A stretch of 64,000 bases of DNA, filler included, from Asterionella formosa (lineage: Eukaryota), in the NCBI GenBank assembly GCA_002256025.1. It is 24 parts of 24 records of this genome, joined end to end, with 100 filler letters (N's around TTAATTAATTAA, not from the genome) between each part and the next. Parts side by side here need not be neighbours in the genome. Positions count along the whole stretch, not along the records: positions 59,155 to 60,292 come from NKIB01004098.1; positions 60,393 to 61,530 come from NKIB01004099.1; positions 61,631 to 62,768 come from NKIB01004100.1; positions 62,869 to 64,000 come from NKIB01004131.1; 20 more parts are not named here. One strand, given 5' to 3'. Position numbers and translations under genes: made by a program. Under the pieces are notes generated by a model that saw nothing but the letters and a program-made list of their open reading frames with translations, searched no databases and was not told the origin of the DNA. This document shows positions 59,860 through 64,000 of this stretch, piece by piece; position 1 is the first letter of the stretch, and every line of letters starts with the position of its first letter.

Positions 59860-61320
59860 ATATCATATCAGCCCTGGAAGAATGTTTGTTGTTTGTGAAG
59901 AAACGACGGAACAAAAAAAAGCAAGGTTGACAATCAGAGAAATGCTGTTCGAGTCAATGCCATGGAAATTTTCTCTCAAACATTCACTCGGTTTCACAGA
60001 TCCAGCACAAGTGCATCGCACCCCTAATTTTAAGAATGACAAGTATCATTCCATTGTTGCAAGACTTGGCAGGGTATTTACAACTTTGCACAGAACTTCC
60101 GTGGTCACTGTCATCCATTGTTGTGTTTGTTTTCCTTACTTTTTACTACCAGTACGACAGTTGAGGCATTGTGGTTCATGGACCTTGCTCGCTAGCCTCT
60201 TACAGTTTTATATTTAGGACAAATGTTTACGAGTAGTGCACACTGTTGCATGGTATAAGTAGATCACTTCGTAGCTAGACTTGGATCTATGANNNNNNNN
60301 NNNNNNNNNNNNNNNNNNNNNNNNNNNNNNNNNNNNTTAATTAATTAANNNNNNNNNNNNNNNNNNNNNNNNNNNNNNNNNNNNNNNNNNNNATCGTCAT
60401 TTGCTTGTTGGAATTGTCCGTTGCCTCAAACTTGCTTGGCGTGTGCGTGCACACACTGTCGACTTGTTTTCAATGGTACGTTGTTCTTTGTATTCACTGT
60501 TGAACTTGTCTGCATCTTTTTTACCATCAATAGAGCAACAAGTGGGTCTCTTCATTGTTGTTTGCTCCTGAAAAAGTCGGTGTCCGTGTCCGTGTCATCC
60601 TCATCAATAGAGAGACAAGTTCTTTCGTTGGAAAAATTGGCACCGTATCATCATTCGCTCGTTGGAACCACTGTCCATTGCCTCAAACCTGATTAGCGTT
60701 TGAGTACCGGTACCCGGTATGTGCACTGTCGACTTTAGTACATTACAGGCGGAGTGACTGCGCTACTAAATTGCGTGATATAATAATATACCCTGTAGCA
60801 CGATGCAGAATACAGTTGCTTCCCAATCATCTCATCATGATTGATAAGATGATACTGTGAGATCATGATAAGGTTACAGCGATGCATACATCACCGAAGT
60901 ATGATACGTAATATTGAATAATGTACATCACAGAGCTATGATACATTGATCCTAAAATTATGATGATTTTATAAAATGTTTATGATATAATTTTGATCAA
61001 AATATGATCATGTAAAAATAGTACAATGACAATAAAATACGATAAAATATGTACGCAAGTGTTATCGATACATCACAGAATATAAATCAAGCAATCATAC
61101 ATAAAGTATGTTAATTAATATATGTGTTTGTCGTTTAATGTATACAGTTAAAGTCAACAGTTAATATGATAGTATTATACAGTGGATAGGATCTAAGTAT
61201 ACGGATGCGTTGATATGTACATCACTATAATATGATTTGTGATATGGATTGATGCATATCACATACCGGTATCCTCAACAACCAGCCATCACGTTCATTG
61301 TCGTGTCGTCTTTCCTTGTT

Positions 61321-61530
61321 TTAGCTATATATATGCTCAGATCCGTTCTTCCATTGCAAATCTTCCTTCAAAAGGTCAAACTCGTCATCCTTGAGCATTT
61401 GCATTCCAGTGGCATCGTAGGACTGAAGCGCGTCCAGAAAGATACGCTCCTTTTCGGCTACTGTGAGACGAATGAGTTCCCCACTTTCCGGATCGACGAC
61501 ACAGTATTCCTCGTCAGGACTACTTTCGTT
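61321..61530 (-). pseudogene. PGRL1: PGRL1 (PGR5-like 1) fragment, prematurely terminated
   Basis: Manual translation: NESSPDEEYCVVDPESGELIRLTVAEKERIFLDALQSYDATGMQMLKDDEFDLLKEDLQWKNGSEHIYS*. Not in the ORF track. Confidence 0.75.
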
Positions 61531-62876
61531 NNNNNNNNNNNNNNNNNNNNNNNNNNNNNNNNNNNNNNNNNNNNTTAATTAATTAANNNNNNNNNNNNNN
61601 NNNNNNNNNNNNNNNNNNNNNNNNNNNNNNTTTGTCACTATAACTAGCTACATACCTTGGTTGCAGGAACAACTGGAGGTGTTGGAGCCTTGGTAGCCTG
61701 AGGGGAAAGGATCAAATTGTAAAAGTTAGTGAATGTACAACAGTAGCCAGCATTGTACTCGTTTGCATGACTTTGCTGCCGGTTTTGTAGGTTTTGTATT
61801 CTTAGTCACCGCTCTACAACATACCTTGAGGACTCTTTTTTGCTGTCAGGTTTCAGATGAAGGAGAAGTAAAATAGATTCAAAATGTAAGTAAAACGTAT
61901 ACCACAAAATCCTCGAAAGTAGCGGTTTGATGCTCCTCGACCGAACTTTTTACTCTCCGCCACTGATTGATTCAGTGCAGGCAGATGCAAACGCATGCAT
62001 CATCCCGGTTTTTGGCGTACCTCTGAGGTTATGGTAGAGTCTGCCATGGTCGAGTGGAAGACTGCAGCAAGCAAGAGAAGAGAACGAATGGCCTTCATGT
62101 TGATGAGTGAGAAACCGAGTATAATGATGGTCAATTTTGAGTTTTATGAACCACCTTGTGATATGAAACGTTTGGAACCGATTGGCCAATAGTCTTATGA
62201 ATGATGATCGAGTACCGGTAATTTTGTTCAATGCGAACCTTATGACTTATTTCCGAGTACCGGTAATTTTGTTCAATGCGAAACGACCATAATGTTCCTT
62301 TTGTCATCAACACAATAACATCATGTGGACGACATTAATTAATTCTCGTGCTTAATGTCTCGTGCAGTCATATGTGTACATAGATGAATCTTATGCAGTC
62401 ATACACATCTGCAAGTTACGGTAATCGTGCTAAATTTAGTAGTTTAGTTCTCTTTTCTCGATATTAAATTGTTTTTTTAAGCCAAATGACTGTAACATGC
62501 AGGTGTACCACATTAAGTCAGCAGTCAGTAATTCAAAGTCAGAAGTCCGGGATTTCATTTCAGCAGTGAGCAAAGAAGTTTGCAGTCAGCGGTTGTTTCA
62601 AATTTTCAGCGAATCAAGTCAGCAGTCAGCGAAACGAAGTCCATAGTCCTTAGTTGGCAAGTTGAAGTCATCATTTTTACGATAGTACATTGTGGTAGTA
62701 ATATGAAGAAGTAGATAGCAATGTTATTTTTCAGGCATTAATGTCTATTTTACTGTTTTTTATGTTCGNNNNNNNNNNNNNNNNNNNNNNNNNNNNNNNN
62801 NNNNNNNNNNNNTTAATTAATTAANNNNNNNNNNNNNNNNNNNNNNNNNNNNNNNNNNNNNNNNNNNNAACATGAG

Positions 62877-63073
62877 TGTTGAAATTTTTGGTGCTTCTTC
62901 CTAGCATGCTCCAATACTGCCCTGGAATGATCAGTCAAGATCTTTCGTGCACTGCTCATTTGGATATTATTCTGCTATATAAATACTGTCTATTTCCAGT
63001 TAGACATTCCCCAGGCTACATCTAGTCTTCGGACACCTGTCAACATCAACAGCCTAACAGACACACTCTGACA
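62877..63073 (-). mobile_element. Solo LTR of the TRIM family
   Basis: TGTTGAAAT...CAGACACACTCTGACA aligns with 8106-8291. No PBS or PPT in the flanks and no clear TSD. Confidence 0.82.
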
Positions 63074-63861
63074 AAGGAGTACCATCATTATTAGTATGTA
63101 TATAGTCATGAGTCACACTAAGGTTGTGTGGGATGCATGAAGATATAAAATATAAGTAAGGGTTTATGGGGTTCCCTTCACAGGCAGGGATACTCACAAC
63201 TGATTTTGTCAGTGGTAACAACTATTCTATCTTCCTTCATAGGTATCAAGTGCAGATGGTAATCTGGTATGAAACAGGAGAGAATAATTCTCCATCAAAT
63301 TTCTCTGCTGAACACATTCTCATTTTGCTGGAGCCTGTTCCAAAAAGAAATCTTCACAGGCATTTTGTCCCTCATCCCACATCTTTTCGACTGCAGCACA
63401 AAGTTGGACCAAATCCAGGACATTATAAACATCTTATAAATGGTCATTTCTAGTGTCTCTCATCCAGAACTTTCTCCTTGCAGAAGGGAACAATACTGGG
63501 CATATAGTGGACAGCCATGGAAGCCAAAAAATAGGGGTGAAAAATAACAAAGAGTAAGGGTTCAAAAAAACCCGGTTAAAAGCTGACGGTAACTCTAGAA
63601 TTATAAAGTCTGTCAAAAGTAATCAACATCACCTTTTGCATTTCGATCATGCATACCCAACATACCTTTACCTACTCCATACCTGGTGCCTGGTAGTCTA
63701 TACTAAAAAATTCCAGGATTTACAATGATTCTGATGGACAAGATGATGAATATTAGATATGAAGGGAATCACCATAGGATAATAAAGTAAGCAACAGCAT
63801 ACCCCCTTTCCCCTCATCGACTTCAATTGCTCAAGAACCACAACATTAATAGCAGAACATC

Positions 63862-64000
63862 ATGAGATTCGATTTGGATGGGCTGGATGTGTTCTTTCCT
63901 TTCGATCGTATCTACTTGGAACAGCATCAATACATGCGTTCCTTGAAGCAATCGTTGGATGCTGGCGGCCACTGTTTGCTTGAAATGCCCACAGGGACAG
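63862..64000 (+). CDS. XPD: TFIIH helicase XPD (ERCC2/Rad3), 5' end
   Basis: [46 protein letters not shown]. Confidence 0.92.
   Translation, partial: MRFDLDGLDVFFPFDRIYLEQHQYMRSLKQSLDAGGHCLLEMPTGT

Overview
This is eukaryotic nuclear DNA, most likely a diatom (stramenopile). Evidence: GT-AG introns, 'A-F' bipartite plastid presequences, diatom-type Copia gag/RT, diatom sulfotransferase families and TTAGGG telomere repeats. The window is not one locus. It is 24 contigs joined by 23 artificial 100-nt linkers (44 N + TTAATTAATTAA + 44 N): 22 pieces of ~1.14 kb and two of ~18.3 kb (8698-27012, 29597-47899). Adjacency across linkers means nothing. Recognisable genes: ubiquitin-RPS27a, a cytidine deaminase-like protein, an ADP/ATP carrier, aspartate aminotransferase, glutathionyl-hydroquinone reductase, a Gfo/Idh/MocA oxidoreductase, a putative beta-barrel protein, two sulfotransferase-domain proteins, a kinase fragment, an LRR-ARM fragment, dynactin p25, a PGRL1 fragment and the XPD 5' end. 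Mobile DNA is abundant: a complete 4.0-kb PIF/Harbinger (TIRs, TTA TSD, two convergent ORFs), a miniature LTR element (TRIM), Copia, LINE and DIRS relics, and a TA-flanked MITE family with CCNGCAAGTTGCGG ends. The most interesting pattern is that intergenic DNA is saturated with TA-CC(N)GG-TA palindromes. These match the MITE termini and, in one pair of repeat copies, are present in one copy and absent in the other. I infer that they are accumulated excision footprints of a TA-targeting DNA transposon. All protein-family calls are by motif recognition; no searches were run.
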